DNA of 50,282 bases, taken from a virus (Duplodnaviria; Caudoviricetes). Shown here piece after piece: positions 9,502 through 19,011 of this stretch. The stretch lies in IMG/VR virus record IMGVR_UViG_3300033485_000020, positions 1 through 50,282 of that record; one strand, 5' to 3'. The notes beneath the pieces were generated by a model. It had not been told where the DNA came from. It worked only from the letters and a program-made list of their open reading frames with translations, and made no database searches. The stretch's first letter is position 1. Each line of letters starts with the position of its first letter. The translations under genes were made by a program, and so were the position numbers.

Positions 9502-10020
9502 ATGTCAGTAATCTTTGATGATATTCCAGATCTAATAATCCTAGATTATGATACTGATATCTGGGAGCCTTCTGAAATATCTACTACTATAGCTCCTACA
9601 ACCCTAGCTCCTACGACTATAGTCTCAACAACTCCTATTCCTACAACTCTTCCTCCGACTACTTTAGCCCCTACCACAGTAGTTTCCACTACTCCTATCC
9701 CAACCACAGTTGCTCCAACTACTTTAATACCTTCTACTACTCCAAGTCCAACTACTCTAGCGCCTACGACTATAATTTCAACCACTGCTCCTCCAACAAC
9801 TTTATTCCCTACTACGATAGTAACTACCTTAGCTCCAACAACACTAGTAACAACCTTTGCACCTACTACTAGTGTCCCAGTCCCTGTCTTTATATGCACT
9901 AAAAAATTAACCTCTTCTATCGAACACGAAATACTAGCTATCTCTCATATTATGACTGATATGCCTCTTCCATCACCGATTATAAAGGAGCTTGAAATAG
10001 ATGGAGACCTATGTTGGTGA
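9502..10020 (+). CDS. Mucin-like Thr/Pro-repeat protein
   Basis: About 20 tandem TTxxP/TTxxS pentapeptides (TTLAP, TTPIP, TTVAP and variants). Confidence 0.85.
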   Translation: MSVIFDDIPDLIILDYDTDIWEPSEISTTIAPTTLAPTTIVSTTPIPTTLPPTTLAPTTVVSTTPIPTTVAPTTLIPSTTPSPTTLAPTTIISTTAPPTTLFPTTIVTTLAPTTLVTTFAPTTSVPVPVFICTKKLTSSIEHEILAISHIMTDMPLPSPIIKELEIDGDLCW

Positions 10021-10330
10021 TACTGTAAATTTAGATGTAGATACAGCTATAGACCTAACTGGTTACACAGGTCTATACATTAAATTCAGGCGTCCTAATG
10101 GCTCGGTAGGGTTTTGGACTGCGGCGATAGATCCACTTGACTCAACTCATATGATCTATCAAACTGACCTAGATGACCTTAACATGGCTGGAGCCTGGAC
10201 AATTCAAGCTCATGCCGAGGCCCTTGGAGTACATCTTCATGGTAAGTGGTATACTTTTACTGTTCTTACTCCGTTGGCTGAGACGTCTACTCCTCCAACG
10301 ACGGCAGCTCCTACAACGCCTACTCCATGA
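10001..10330 (+). CDS. Ig/BppU-N-like structural protein with Thr/Pro tail
   Basis: YVGD...KFRRPNG...DLNMAGAWTIQA pattern; C-terminus TSTPPTTAAPTTPTP. Confidence 0.6.
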   Translation: METYVGDTVNLDVDTAIDLTGYTGLYIKFRRPNGSVGFWTAAIDPLDSTHMIYQTDLDDLNMAGAWTIQAHAEALGVHLHGKWYTFTVLTPLAETSTPPTTAAPTTPTP

Positions 10331-10354
10331 GACATATTTATTTTAAATTGAACT
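10330..10354. promoter_or_regulatory. 25-bp quasi-palindromic site, copy 3
   Basis: agacatATTTATTTTAAATtgaact; directly before the portal RBS. Confidence 0.85.
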
Positions 10355-10363
10355 GAGGAAGTT

Positions 10364-12319
10364 ATGCCATACATAGTGAAGGGAAATCCTGATTCATGGT
10401 CGAGAGTAAACTACAAGGATATGAATTTCGACTACAAATATCCTTATGGTTTAGATCTCAAACCAGACTCTGATTTTCATACTAAACTTCGTAGCAAGAT
10501 TTGGCAGCGTGCGCAAGAATCTCGGAATGAAATCTGCAAGAGGTTTAGTTCCTGGAGGGAAATAGATAGATCCTTAACAGTCTATATTGAGCCCACAGAC
10601 GAAGAAGAAACTGTCAAAGAGAAAGATCCCTCAAAGCCTATCTCTATAATCTTCCCTTATTCTTACTCAATGTTGGAAGCCCTTCTAACGTATCTCCAGA
10701 TGGCTTTCATTCAAGATCCTATCTTCCAATATGAAGGAGTAGAGGACGATGACACTGTTGGAGCAGCCCTTCTTGAACTCTGTATAAGGCTACATTGCAA
10801 TAAGAATAAGGTCCCTCTAAACCTTCATACTATGTTTCGTGACTCCTTAGCCTACGGAGTAGGAATAACCATTCCTGAATGGACTAGACGTTATGGAAAG
10901 AAGCCAGTAGTCCACCAATCAGTCACCGAGTCAGTCTTTGGAGCATCTTCTGCAAAGTATGTAACTATGGAAGATGCTATGTTGTTTGAAGGGAATAAGC
11001 TGAGCAACATAGATCCTTATATGTGGCTGCCAGACCCATCTGTAGCCAGCTCAGATATTCAAAGTGGAGAGTTCGTAGGCTGGGTGGATCGCACTAATTA
11101 CATGAAACTACTCAGTCTCGAAACTGAACCAGATTCTGGCTACTTCAACGTAAAGTATTTAAAAGAAAAGAAAGACCGTCGCTCAATCCTCGCTCTCGAT
11201 CAAAGTGATCGACAAACAAAGCATGGTGGGTCTACTGAACTAAACCGTTCAATGACTGAGACTGTGAACCCAGTTGATTCCATAAAGATGTATATCACAC
11301 TTATTCCAAAAGACTGGGAGCTCACCAACTCAGAAGTTCCCGAAAAGTGGTTCTTTGAGCTCGGCTCAGATGACGTAATCATTAGGTGTGAAAAAGCTGA
11401 CCACAACCACGGAATGTATCCTATATCAGTCGCTTCTCCCGAATACGATGGCTATTCAATAACTCCTATCGGTCGAATGGAGGTGCTCTATGGCTTGCAG
11501 CATACTCTTGATTTCCTGTTCAATTCGCACATCAGTAATGTACGCAAAGCGATTAACGACATGCTTGTTGTTGACCCTTATCTTGTCAACATTGAAGACC
11601 TTAAGGATCCTAAGCCTGGAAAACTCATACGTCTTCGCAGACCGGCGTGGGGTAGGGGTGTTGAGAAGGTTGTACAGCAGCTCGTTGTTCAAGACATTAC
11701 ACGTCTCAACATTAGCGATTCTTCATACATCACACAGTGGATGAATCAAATCGCAGGCGCTGATCAGGCAATGGCTGGAGTACTTCGTACTGGTGGACCT
11801 GAGCGTCTGACAAGTGCTGAATTCCAAGGTACTCGAGGATCTGCAATTAGTCGCCTCCAACGCATTGCTCAGATAATTAGTATGCAAGCAATGCATGATA
11901 TAGGAATGATGTTCGCTGTCCACACTCAGCAATATATGCAGCAGGAAACTTATGTAAAAATAGTTGGTCGTCATGCTGATGCACTCAAATCTATCTTCGG
12001 GCCTAAGCGACAAAATGCCCCTGTAAGCCCTTACGATTTAGCAATAAACTATGATCTAATGATACGAGATGGCTCAATTCCTGGAGGTAACTTCTCTGAC
12101 ACCTGGATAGAGCTATTCAAGACCATAGGTACAACCCCTGAATTAGCTATGCAGTTTGATGTTTCTCGAATCTTCATGTACATAGCTCATCAACTAGGTG
12201 CAAAGAATGTAGAGGACTTCAGACGTGTAACTAATCAGATCCAGCCTCAAGTTATGCCTGATGAGACGGTAGCTCGTCAGGTACAAGCCGGCAACTTGAT
12301 TCCAGCAGGAGTACAATAA
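10364..12319 (+). CDS. Portal protein
   Basis: 651 aa between terL and scaffold/capsid. Podovirus-portal-like features (DSLAYGVG, IDPY, LQHTLDFLFN, TSAEF). Confidence 0.85.
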   Translation: MPYIVKGNPDSWSRVNYKDMNFDYKYPYGLDLKPDSDFHTKLRSKIWQRAQESRNEICKRFSSWREIDRSLTVYIEPTDEEETVKEKDPSKPISIIFPYSYSMLEALLTYLQMAFIQDPIFQYEGVEDDDTVGAALLELCIRLHCNKNKVPLNLHTMFRDSLAYGVGITIPEWTRRYGKKPVVHQSVTESVFGASSAKYVTMEDAMLFEGNKLSNIDPYMWLPDPSVASSDIQSGEFVGWVDRTNYMKLLSLETEPDSGYFNVKYLKEKKDRRSILALDQSDRQTKHGGSTELNRSMTETVNPVDSIKMYITLIPKDWELTNSEVPEKWFFELGSDDVIIRCEKADHNHGMYPISVASPEYDGYSITPIGRMEVLYGLQHTLDFLFNSHISNVRKAINDMLVVDPYLVNIEDLKDPKPGKLIRLRRPAWGRGVEKVVQQLVVQDITRLNISDSSYITQWMNQIAGADQAMAGVLRTGGPERLTSAEFQGTRGSAISRLQRIAQIISMQAMHDIGMMFAVHTQQYMQQETYVKIVGRHADALKSIFGPKRQNAPVSPYDLAINYDLMIRDGSIPGGNFSDTWIELFKTIGTTPELAMQFDVSRIFMYIAHQLGAKNVEDFRRVTNQIQPQVMPDETVARQVQAGNLIPAGVQ

Positions 12320-12621
12320 TGGGAGAGATAGTAGAAATCAATGCTACAAAGGATCAGATAAAGGACTTCCTAGATTCAGTCCTCTGGGCTGACATAACCA
12401 GAGAGTGTGAATCTTGGGTCACTGGTTTCCAACGTGAGCAGGATGCAATCGTAGATGACGCAGCCTCAACTAATCCATCTACTGCTTCAGTCCTTCTCCA
12501 CCTCGGAGACATAAACGGTCGAAAGAAAGCTATTACTTACTTACTCAGCCTCCCTGAACTATTCCTGCAAATCTTAAATGAACGAACTAAGACACCATCC
12601 GAGGAGGTTAGCAATGAGTGA
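12319..12621 (+). CDS. Hypothetical head-module protein
   Basis: 100-aa helical ORF between portal and scaffold with a good RBS. Confidence 0.55.
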   Translation: MGEIVEINATKDQIKDFLDSVLWADITRECESWVTGFQREQDAIVDDAASTNPSTASVLLHLGDINGRKKAITYLLSLPELFLQILNERTKTPSEEVSNE

Positions 12622-13435
12622 AGACGTAGCAAAAGATGTAGCTGAAATGAATGACTTATTCGACGCAATCCTTAAGCCACCAGCATCAACTGAGGAAAAA
12701 TCTGATGAACCGAAAGAAGAGCCTAAGGATGAAGAAGTTGAGCCAAAAGAAGAGACTGTGGTTCCTGAAGATAAGGAAGAGAAATCTACAGAGCCAGAGC
12801 CTAAAGTAGATGAAAAAGTACCTGACGAGAAAGACAAAGCAATAGCGGATCTGAGAAATGAAATTGCAGCTTTGCAGGCAAAGGTAGCTACTCCTCCTAA
12901 ACCGGAGGAGAAACCAGACATAAAGCCTGCTCTGCCAGATGTCTCAGATCAAGACTTTATCGGAGACTTGGACCTTGACGAAGTAACTCGGGATTCTAAG
13001 GAGTTCAATAAAGTCCTCAACAACATTTACAAGAAGGCCAGACTTGATGGAGAACAAGCAATAATAAGCCGACTTCCGGAGTTGATAACTTCACAAGTGA
13101 ATGCTATCAACACTATGCAGAAGGCGGTGGAGGAATTCTATACAGCTAATGAAGACCTCAAGGCTTTTAGTAAAGTTGTTTCTGTTGTAACTCAAGAACT
13201 CGCGCAGGGCAATAAGGAACAGACTCTAGATAATCTAATGACTAACGTGGAGTCTGAGGTGCGCAAACGACTTTCTTTGCCAAGGAAAGCCGCTGAGAAG
13301 AAAGAGGATCCTCCTAAAAAGGAAGTTCCTCGACTTCCTGGCAAGAGTTCCTCCGCAGGAAAGTCAACAACCGAAACCAAAATCAAGTCTCTCGAAAGTG
13401 AGCTTGAAGAAATGAACAAGGTTATAGGGAGATAA
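12614..13435 (+). CDS. Capsid scaffolding protein
   Basis: E/K/P-rich N-terminus and coiled coils, upstream of the capsid gene. GGAGG RBS before ATG 12614. Confidence 0.75.
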   Translation: MSEDVAKDVAEMNDLFDAILKPPASTEEKSDEPKEEPKDEEVEPKEETVVPEDKEEKSTEPEPKVDEKVPDEKDKAIADLRNEIAALQAKVATPPKPEEKPDIKPALPDVSDQDFIGDLDLDEVTRDSKEFNKVLNNIYKKARLDGEQAIISRLPELITSQVNAINTMQKAVEEFYTANEDLKAFSKVVSVVTQELAQGNKEQTLDNLMTNVESEVRKRLSLPRKAAEKKEDPPKKEVPRLPGKSSSAGKSTTETKIKSLESELEEMNKVIGR

Positions 13436-13440
13436 CTCTT

Positions 13441-13866
13441 ATGGGTCTTGAACAGAATGAAGCTCAGCAGTACAGAGAGATCCCTGATAAGTACGTTGAG
13501 CCGAATGCAAACTATCAGATGAGAACGTGGGACTATGTTCTTCGTCCTTCATCTCAAGGTGCAGGCGGCCCGATAATTATCACGCTTCCTCCTGTCTCTG
13601 AGGCAAAGGGTCGATTCTATTCGATCATCTGTCGCGCTGCAAGCGCTGTCAACACAATAACTATCACTGACAAGAATGACTCTGAGTGCTGGACTGCTGA
13701 CATAGTCCTGGACGGCAAGTGTGACAGAGTTCTACTCTACAGCGATGGTCTGGCATGGATGGCATTGGGTCTTAATCCTGGAGATTGGCCAGGTGCTTCA
13801 ACGACTGGCGCTCCTGGAACGGCAACAGCAACAACCCTTGCTCCGACTACATCGGTTCAGATATAA
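13441..13866 (+). CDS. Putative capsid decoration/minor head protein with TTLAPTT tail
   Basis: Between scaffold and MCP. ITLPP and LLYSDG..W beta motifs; C-terminus TATATTLAPTTSVQI. Confidence 0.6.
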   Translation: MGLEQNEAQQYREIPDKYVEPNANYQMRTWDYVLRPSSQGAGGPIIITLPPVSEAKGRFYSIICRAASAVNTITITDKNDSECWTADIVLDGKCDRVLLYSDGLAWMALGLNPGDWPGASTTGAPGTATATTLAPTTSVQI

Positions 13867-13871
13867 TCATT

Positions 13872-13896
13872 AGTCACATTTAAAATAAATGTGACT
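13872..13896. promoter_or_regulatory. 25-bp quasi-palindromic site, copy 4 (perfect inverted repeat)
   Basis: agtcacATTTA-AAA-TAAATgtgact; upstream of the major capsid RBS. Confidence 0.9.
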
Positions 13897-13913
13897 TAAC
13901 ACATGAGGTGAAT

Positions 13914-15215
13914 ATGTTTCTTGGAATGAGAGGTAACGATGACTGGGTTGCCGACCAGAGGCCAATGAATTGGAGACAACAGATACTCTATTTGTATCCT
14001 AATGGCTCCGCGCCCTTAACGGCTATCCTTTCTATGATGGGAAGTCAATCAGTGGATGATCCACAGTTCCATTGGTGGACTCAGTCTCAAAGTGCAGTAT
14101 CAGGAGCAGTAGCTGGTGTATTTACTCTCCCTGATCTCTCTGTGGCCTACGCTGCAGGTGGTGTGGCTGGAGATATCGTCTATGTCCAGATCACAACTGT
14201 GCTTGGTAACAGAATTCGCGAAGGTCATCAGATTCTCCTCCGCGATGCTTCTGACTTCACAGTCGATGTAGTTGGCAAAGTCACTGGAGTAACCAGAGGC
14301 GCTGTCAACACTGTGTTGGCTGTGAAACTCTTGGAAGCTGACGATAACTCAACAACTCACGATCTCAGCGATTGCGATAACTTCAAAATTATCGGCAACA
14401 TCAATCCTGAGGGTGGTGAGATGCCTGATGCTATCGCACTCAACCCTGTCAAGGTGTATAACTACACCCAGATTTTCCGTACTCCTCTTTCATTAACTCG
14501 AACTGCAAAAAAGACCAAGCTTCGTACTCCTGACCAGTACCAGAAGGCGAAGTCTGAAGCTCTTGAAATGCACTCGTGGGAAATGGAACTGGCATTTCTG
14601 TGGGGAATACGTACTGAGAACACTGGAGACAACGGGAAGCCTGAGCGCACCACTATGGGTGTGATCAACTTCATTCGACAGTTTGCCCCCCTAAACTGCG
14701 ATGACTTCTCTACTAATGCTACTTATGCTGGTCTAGCATGGGCAGCTGCAGCGGGTGGATTGCTCTGGTTTGACAACATGCTGGAGCAAATCTTTAGGTT
14801 TGGAGCGACTGAGAAGCTTGCTCTGTGCGGATCGGGTGCTATACTTGGACTCCAACGTCTAGCACTTGTCCACGGACAGATTCAGCTTCAGAACGTTCCC
14901 AAAGCCTATGGTATGGAGATTTTGAGGTGGGTAACTCCGTTTGGTTCTATCTATCTCAAAACTCATCCACTCTTCAGCCATGATGCTACAACTCGTAACA
15001 TGATGGTCTTGCTTGAACCGAAGGAACTCACCTATCGTTACATTGACGATACTCAGTTCTACAACGAGGCTAATGCCAAGTCGCATCCTGAGGGATACGG
15101 CGGGAAACGTCTTGATGGCACGAACGAGGAGTTCCTCACTGAATGTGGCCTTGAATTTGGCCTCTCCGAGAAGTGTGCTGTACTCAACGGCGTCGGACTT
15201 GATAGTGTCGTTTAA
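13914..15215 (+). CDS. Major capsid protein (SU10/DUF5309-like)
   Basis: NYTQIFRTP, E...E.AFLWG, RTTMG and TPFG motifs; follows the scaffold. Confidence 0.85.
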   Translation: MFLGMRGNDDWVADQRPMNWRQQILYLYPNGSAPLTAILSMMGSQSVDDPQFHWWTQSQSAVSGAVAGVFTLPDLSVAYAAGGVAGDIVYVQITTVLGNRIREGHQILLRDASDFTVDVVGKVTGVTRGAVNTVLAVKLLEADDNSTTHDLSDCDNFKIIGNINPEGGEMPDAIALNPVKVYNYTQIFRTPLSLTRTAKKTKLRTPDQYQKAKSEALEMHSWEMELAFLWGIRTENTGDNGKPERTTMGVINFIRQFAPLNCDDFSTNATYAGLAWAAAAGGLLWFDNMLEQIFRFGATEKLALCGSGAILGLQRLALVHGQIQLQNVPKAYGMEILRWVTPFGSIYLKTHPLFSHDATTRNMMVLLEPKELTYRYIDDTQFYNEANAKSHPEGYGGKRLDGTNEEFLTECGLEFGLSEKCAVLNGVGLDSVV

Positions 15216-15218
15216 CTT

Positions 15219-15282
15219 TGTACCCAGTAGCTAACCTCCGGGTACATTGGCCGGGGCAGGTAGCCGACTTGCCTGCCTCGGC
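15219..15282 (+). terminator. Tandem hairpins after MCP (terminator or mRNA-stabilising element)
   Basis: tgtaccc/gggtaca (15219-15246) and gccggggcaggtag/cttgcctgcctcggc (15250-15282); weak U-tract. Confidence 0.6.
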
Positions 15283-15299
15283 ACTTAAATGAGGACAGT

Positions 15300-16022
15300 A
15301 TGAACCTAATAGACATTCGTACACAGTTTAGAAATATCTCAGGGCGTTACGACTTAGTCAACGATGACTTCAGCGATAATGGAGCTAATTTCTTTATCAA
15401 TGAAGGGAGTAAGTGGCTGGATCGTAAAGTCGAGACAACTAAGTCCTGGGGAACTTATCCAGTTATTAAACCACTCGGAACCTGGTACGTTAGGTTTCCT
15501 TATGCAAGAGCTGTGAAGGAAGTCTGGATGACAACTGTGGAAGGGCGTACTCAGTTGACAAAAGTTAGACTTCAAGACATGATGGCTAATTACTTCACAA
15601 CTATTCCGGCCGAGTGGACTAATGGAACGCCTCTATATTATAGTCCTACAATAACTCGCTTGATTCCAGAAATCCTAACTCCTGCAATGATAGCTACGTT
15701 AGATGACTATATTGGGATAGTTAGTCCAATCTCTAACGTATTCAACACTGTTATATTTTCTAGTCCAGTGGATCAAGAAACTCTGTTTGAAATAACTGGG
15801 TTGTTTTACTCTAAGGCATTAGCACTAGACGCTGATGAGAACTTCTGGTCTCAAGTACACCCACTTATTCTTATCCAAGCTGCTATCCTCCAAACTTACA
15901 TCATCAGCGGAAATCGTCCTATGATGAAGAACTATGCTGAGAACCTCGGAGATCAACTCAAGGATCTTGGCATGGATCTTGTGGAACAGATCATCGCTGA
16001 AATAGATCAAATGGAAGGATAA
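15300..16022 (+). CDS. Head-tail adaptor (tail tubular protein A-like)
   Basis: Position after MCP, size, and FINEG, GTPLYY, ENFWS..HP motifs. Confidence 0.6.
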   Translation: MNLIDIRTQFRNISGRYDLVNDDFSDNGANFFINEGSKWLDRKVETTKSWGTYPVIKPLGTWYVRFPYARAVKEVWMTTVEGRTQLTKVRLQDMMANYFTTIPAEWTNGTPLYYSPTITRLIPEILTPAMIATLDDYIGIVSPISNVFNTVIFSSPVDQETLFEITGLFYSKALALDADENFWSQVHPLILIQAAILQTYIISGNRPMMKNYAENLGDQLKDLGMDLVEQIIAEIDQMEG

Positions 16023-16081
16023 CATGAGACTGATACCTACAGGACGTTGAGGGCACTGCAGGCCTCAGTTGGAGGTAAGAA

Positions 16082-16285
16082 ATGCCAGTATCAATACAGA
16101 AGTCAGGCAGCGGCTACCGCGTGTCCACTCCCCACGGAGTGAAGGCAAAGCATACAACGAAAGCCAAAGCGGAGGCGCAGAAGAGATTACTCAACGCAGT
16201 CGAACATGGGTGGAAACCCTCGAAGACCTCTAAACATCACTCAGCTTGTGATGGAAAGTTTATAGATGACAGGAGACATCTGTGA
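16082..16285 (+). CDS. Small basic hypothetical protein
   Basis: GGAGG RBS; HTTKAKAEAQKRLL motif of a kind common in phage small proteins. Confidence 0.6.
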   Translation: MPVSIQKSGSGYRVSTPHGVKAKHTTKAKAEAQKRLLNAVEHGWKPSKTSKHHSACDGKFIDDRRHL

Positions 16286-16635
16286 TAACTGATGCTGAAA
16301 GACGAGAGATTATTGAGCAGGTTAAGGAAGAAATTCTATTAGCAATTCCTGATATTATAGGAAACTTAATGACTAATCATATGAGCTTGATTAGGATAAA
16401 TAAAGATTTCTATGACAAGCATAAGGAATTTGCTAGTAATAAAGATGCTGTGGCGTCGATAGTTGAGATGATAGAAGGACAGAATCCAGGAATGGATTAT
16501 AAAGAGATTCTTGAGAAAGCTGTGCCACTAGTAAGGGAACGTATTAAGACTGTTAAATCTCTCGATATGAAATCTGCTCCTAGACCAAGCAGGAATATCT
16601 CTCATCTTGAATTTAAAGGTAATGGGGAACTATAA
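16282..16635 (+). CDS. Hypothetical protein
   Basis: Translationally coupled ORF, helical. Confidence 0.55.
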   Translation: MITDAERREIIEQVKEEILLAIPDIIGNLMTNHMSLIRINKDFYDKHKEFASNKDAVASIVEMIEGQNPGMDYKEILEKAVPLVRERIKTVKSLDMKSAPRPSRNISHLEFKGNGEL

Positions 16636-17138
16636 TGCCTACACTACAAGATGGAACCTTTTCATTCACTATTGGATCAGAGGACTTGGCGCGAGGACTT
16701 AGACCATCTAAACGAAGTCCTCGCAATACAAAGTTCCTCACCAAGTGTGCTGGGGCTGTAGGACTGGACAATGTACTTCAAGCGCTTGCAGATATTACTG
16801 GAGATCGAATAGACACTTCAGCCCTTGCAGGTGTAGCTCATCCATATCCACAGTTGTTCGTATTCACTAATGTAATAATGGTCTGTTTGTCTACTCGAAT
16901 ATACGAGTATGATGGAACGTCTCTTACATTACGCTTGGACATAGGTGCTCCTAACGCAGGTATTTCATGGTCAGCTGTGGATTTCTTCGATTACATCTAT
17001 ATGAGCAATGGGAAGGTAGTTGTAGTGCGAAGCTCTGAAAGCAAAGCCTGGACTGTAACTACTTCCTTACCTCTTGCTAGCGGAATATGCAATCTTAATG
17101 GTCAAGTACTCATTGGTGCTCCTGATGTGGAGTGGTAA
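16635..17138 (+). CDS. Tail nozzle/stabilisation protein, N-terminal part (putative)
   Basis: Beta-propeller-like blades (YIYMSNG, CNLNGQVLIG); ends abruptly at 167 aa. Confidence 0.5.
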   Translation: MPTLQDGTFSFTIGSEDLARGLRPSKRSPRNTKFLTKCAGAVGLDNVLQALADITGDRIDTSALAGVAHPYPQLFVFTNVIMVCLSTRIYEYDGTSLTLRLDIGAPNAGISWSAVDFFDYIYMSNGKVVVVRSSESKAWTVTTSLPLASGICNLNGQVLIGAPDVEW

Positions 17139-17140
17139 TA

Positions 17141-19009
17141 ATGTCTCCTTATGTTGTTGAGTTTAATTACACACTTCCTGCTTTAAGCATATCTCCTGGG
17201 AATATAGCTTATATAAGGATCTATGAGCAGGTGCTTATAGCAGATCCAGTGTTAGAGCTTAGAAGTCAATTCTCATATAATCCAGCAGTTCATGTAGGAT
17301 CTAATTATATGAGGTATGAGACTGAAGTCCCAGGCCCTCATGTGCATTATATCTATGGATACTTTCTTGTAGGGATGGAAGCTATTGAACAGCTCCTTAT
17401 GGCTCCTATAACAGCTACTGCTGTTCCATTAGCGGAGGTCTCCTCAACTGATAATTCTGGGACTCCAGTAGTTCCTCATGATAGATGGGGAGTAGGCACA
17501 GGTCCTTGGAATTTCACTAAGCAATATAATAAATGGGCTTATCTTAATAATCCGCGCTGGTTAGTTAATGGGAGAGTATTCGTTCACGGAGGGCCTGACG
17601 ACTATAATGGGAGAGAAAGTTTGGAGCCTCAGTTATGGACTCCTACTGATAGGACTGGACGTTCAAGAGGAACATTAAACAGACATCATCAATGTGGACA
17701 CTGGCATCAGCCTGTAGCTATATCACCTACAACCTTAGCTCCTACTACTATACCATTTGGAGGTTTTACATATGAAGGATGGCTTAGTTGTCCTCAGTTT
17801 ATTCTTCCATCTCCAGATACTCCTGGTCAAGTATGGTATATAACTTCTCTCGACGATGAGCCAGATGATTACTTTAGAGTCATAGAATACTTTGATGGGG
17901 CTGGATATTATTGGGATAGTGTATATAACTTTCTTCATACTGACGTAGAATCTTGGGAACACTGGCAGGAGCCTGATGGAGGAGTCGCTCAACGTGGAGC
18001 TATCTCAGTTGTAGCATTTATAGGTAATGATGATGCTGTAAATGCCTCAAGTTACTATCTCGAAACTTGGGTATTTAACAATGGGACTTTGTTAAATCAT
18101 ACTATAACTCCTGCAGGCCCAGCTTATGCATATGGACAGATAATAATCTCTAATATGGACTCTAAACTTTGTGCAATAGATAGTGCTGGAAATATTCATG
18201 TAGCCTTAAAGACTTTCAAAGGAGGTGTGTATAGAATATATGACTTTAGATCTACAGATAATGGTGCAAGCTTTAATCCAGTATTAGTAAGATCAGGAGT
18301 AAGTGGATCTTATAATAACTTTAAAGACTTAGGGGTCTTTAGTGATGGTACTCTCTATATCAGAGAGGGATGGATTATGCTAACATCTGCAGATAATGGT
18401 GCAACCTGGGGATTGTTAGGAGGCTCTGGTGACATAGGTTTATATATGTCATCAGATACTTGCTATATAAATGATACTTTCTTTACTATAGGCTGTGATT
18501 ATAATGGGCCTCCTTATAATGACGTTCTTTTACTAAGATCAGTTAATGGACTAATATATAGTACAGTCCTAACAATACCAGGACTATGGACTACTCTATC
18601 TGGATGTGATATGCTCTATGATGGAACTTATTATTATCTAGCTGTAATGTTTAGAAATTCTACTGTAGGAAAACCTGCTGGATATACTAGAATATATAGA
18701 AGTGACGATGGGATAACTTGGGTTTTAATTTCTACTATAGTCGACGAATCTCAATTAGGCGTACCTTCCAGATATGTTGCATGGGACGCTTTGTTATGGC
18801 CCACTCAAATAATCAAATCGGGTAGTGATCTATTCTATTGCTTTTATTATGGATCTATGAGCGCACCAGCTCATGGAGGCGCTAGTGTTTATTTAATGAG
18901 TATTTGGAAATCCAGTGACAGCGGAGTAACATGGGAAACTGTGCATACTCCTTATTATGATCTAACTAGAACTCCTGCATCAGATGTACCTTGCGGGGCT
19001 TGGGGGTAA
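17141..19009 (+). CDS. BNR/Asp-box beta-propeller protein (putative receptor-binding or sialidase-like)
   Basis: Asp-boxes RSTDNGASF, TSADNGATW, RSDDGITW and KSSDSGVTW; internal SPTTLAPTTIP linker. Confidence 0.75.
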   Translation: MSPYVVEFNYTLPALSISPGNIAYIRIYEQVLIADPVLELRSQFSYNPAVHVGSNYMRYETEVPGPHVHYIYGYFLVGMEAIEQLLMAPITATAVPLAEVSSTDNSGTPVVPHDRWGVGTGPWNFTKQYNKWAYLNNPRWLVNGRVFVHGGPDDYNGRESLEPQLWTPTDRTGRSRGTLNRHHQCGHWHQPVAISPTTLAPTTIPFGGFTYEGWLSCPQFILPSPDTPGQVWYITSLDDEPDDYFRVIEYFDGAGYYWDSVYNFLHTDVESWEHWQEPDGGVAQRGAISVVAFIGNDDAVNASSYYLETWVFNNGTLLNHTITPAGPAYAYGQIIISNMDSKLCAIDSAGNIHVALKTFKGGVYRIYDFRSTDNGASFNPVLVRSGVSGSYNNFKDLGVFSDGTLYIREGWIMLTSADNGATWGLLGGSGDIGLYMSSDTCYINDTFFTIGCDYNGPPYNDVLLLRSVNGLIYSTVLTIPGLWTTLSGCDMLYDGTYYYLAVMFRNSTVGKPAGYTRIYRSDDGITWVLISTIVDESQLGVPSRYVAWDALLWPTQIIKSGSDLFYCFYYGSMSAPAHGGASVYLMSIWKSSDSGVTWETVHTPYYDLTRTPASDVPCGAWG

Positions 19010-19011
19010 AG

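Noticed and set aside
9546-9899. Antisense Val/Gly-rich repeat ORF
   Set aside because: It is the reverse-complement shadow of the Thr/Pro repeat gene and has no RBS or operon context.
17141-19009. Diversity-generating retroelement acting on the receptor-binding gene
   Set aside because: No reverse transcriptase and no template/variable repeat pair were seen.
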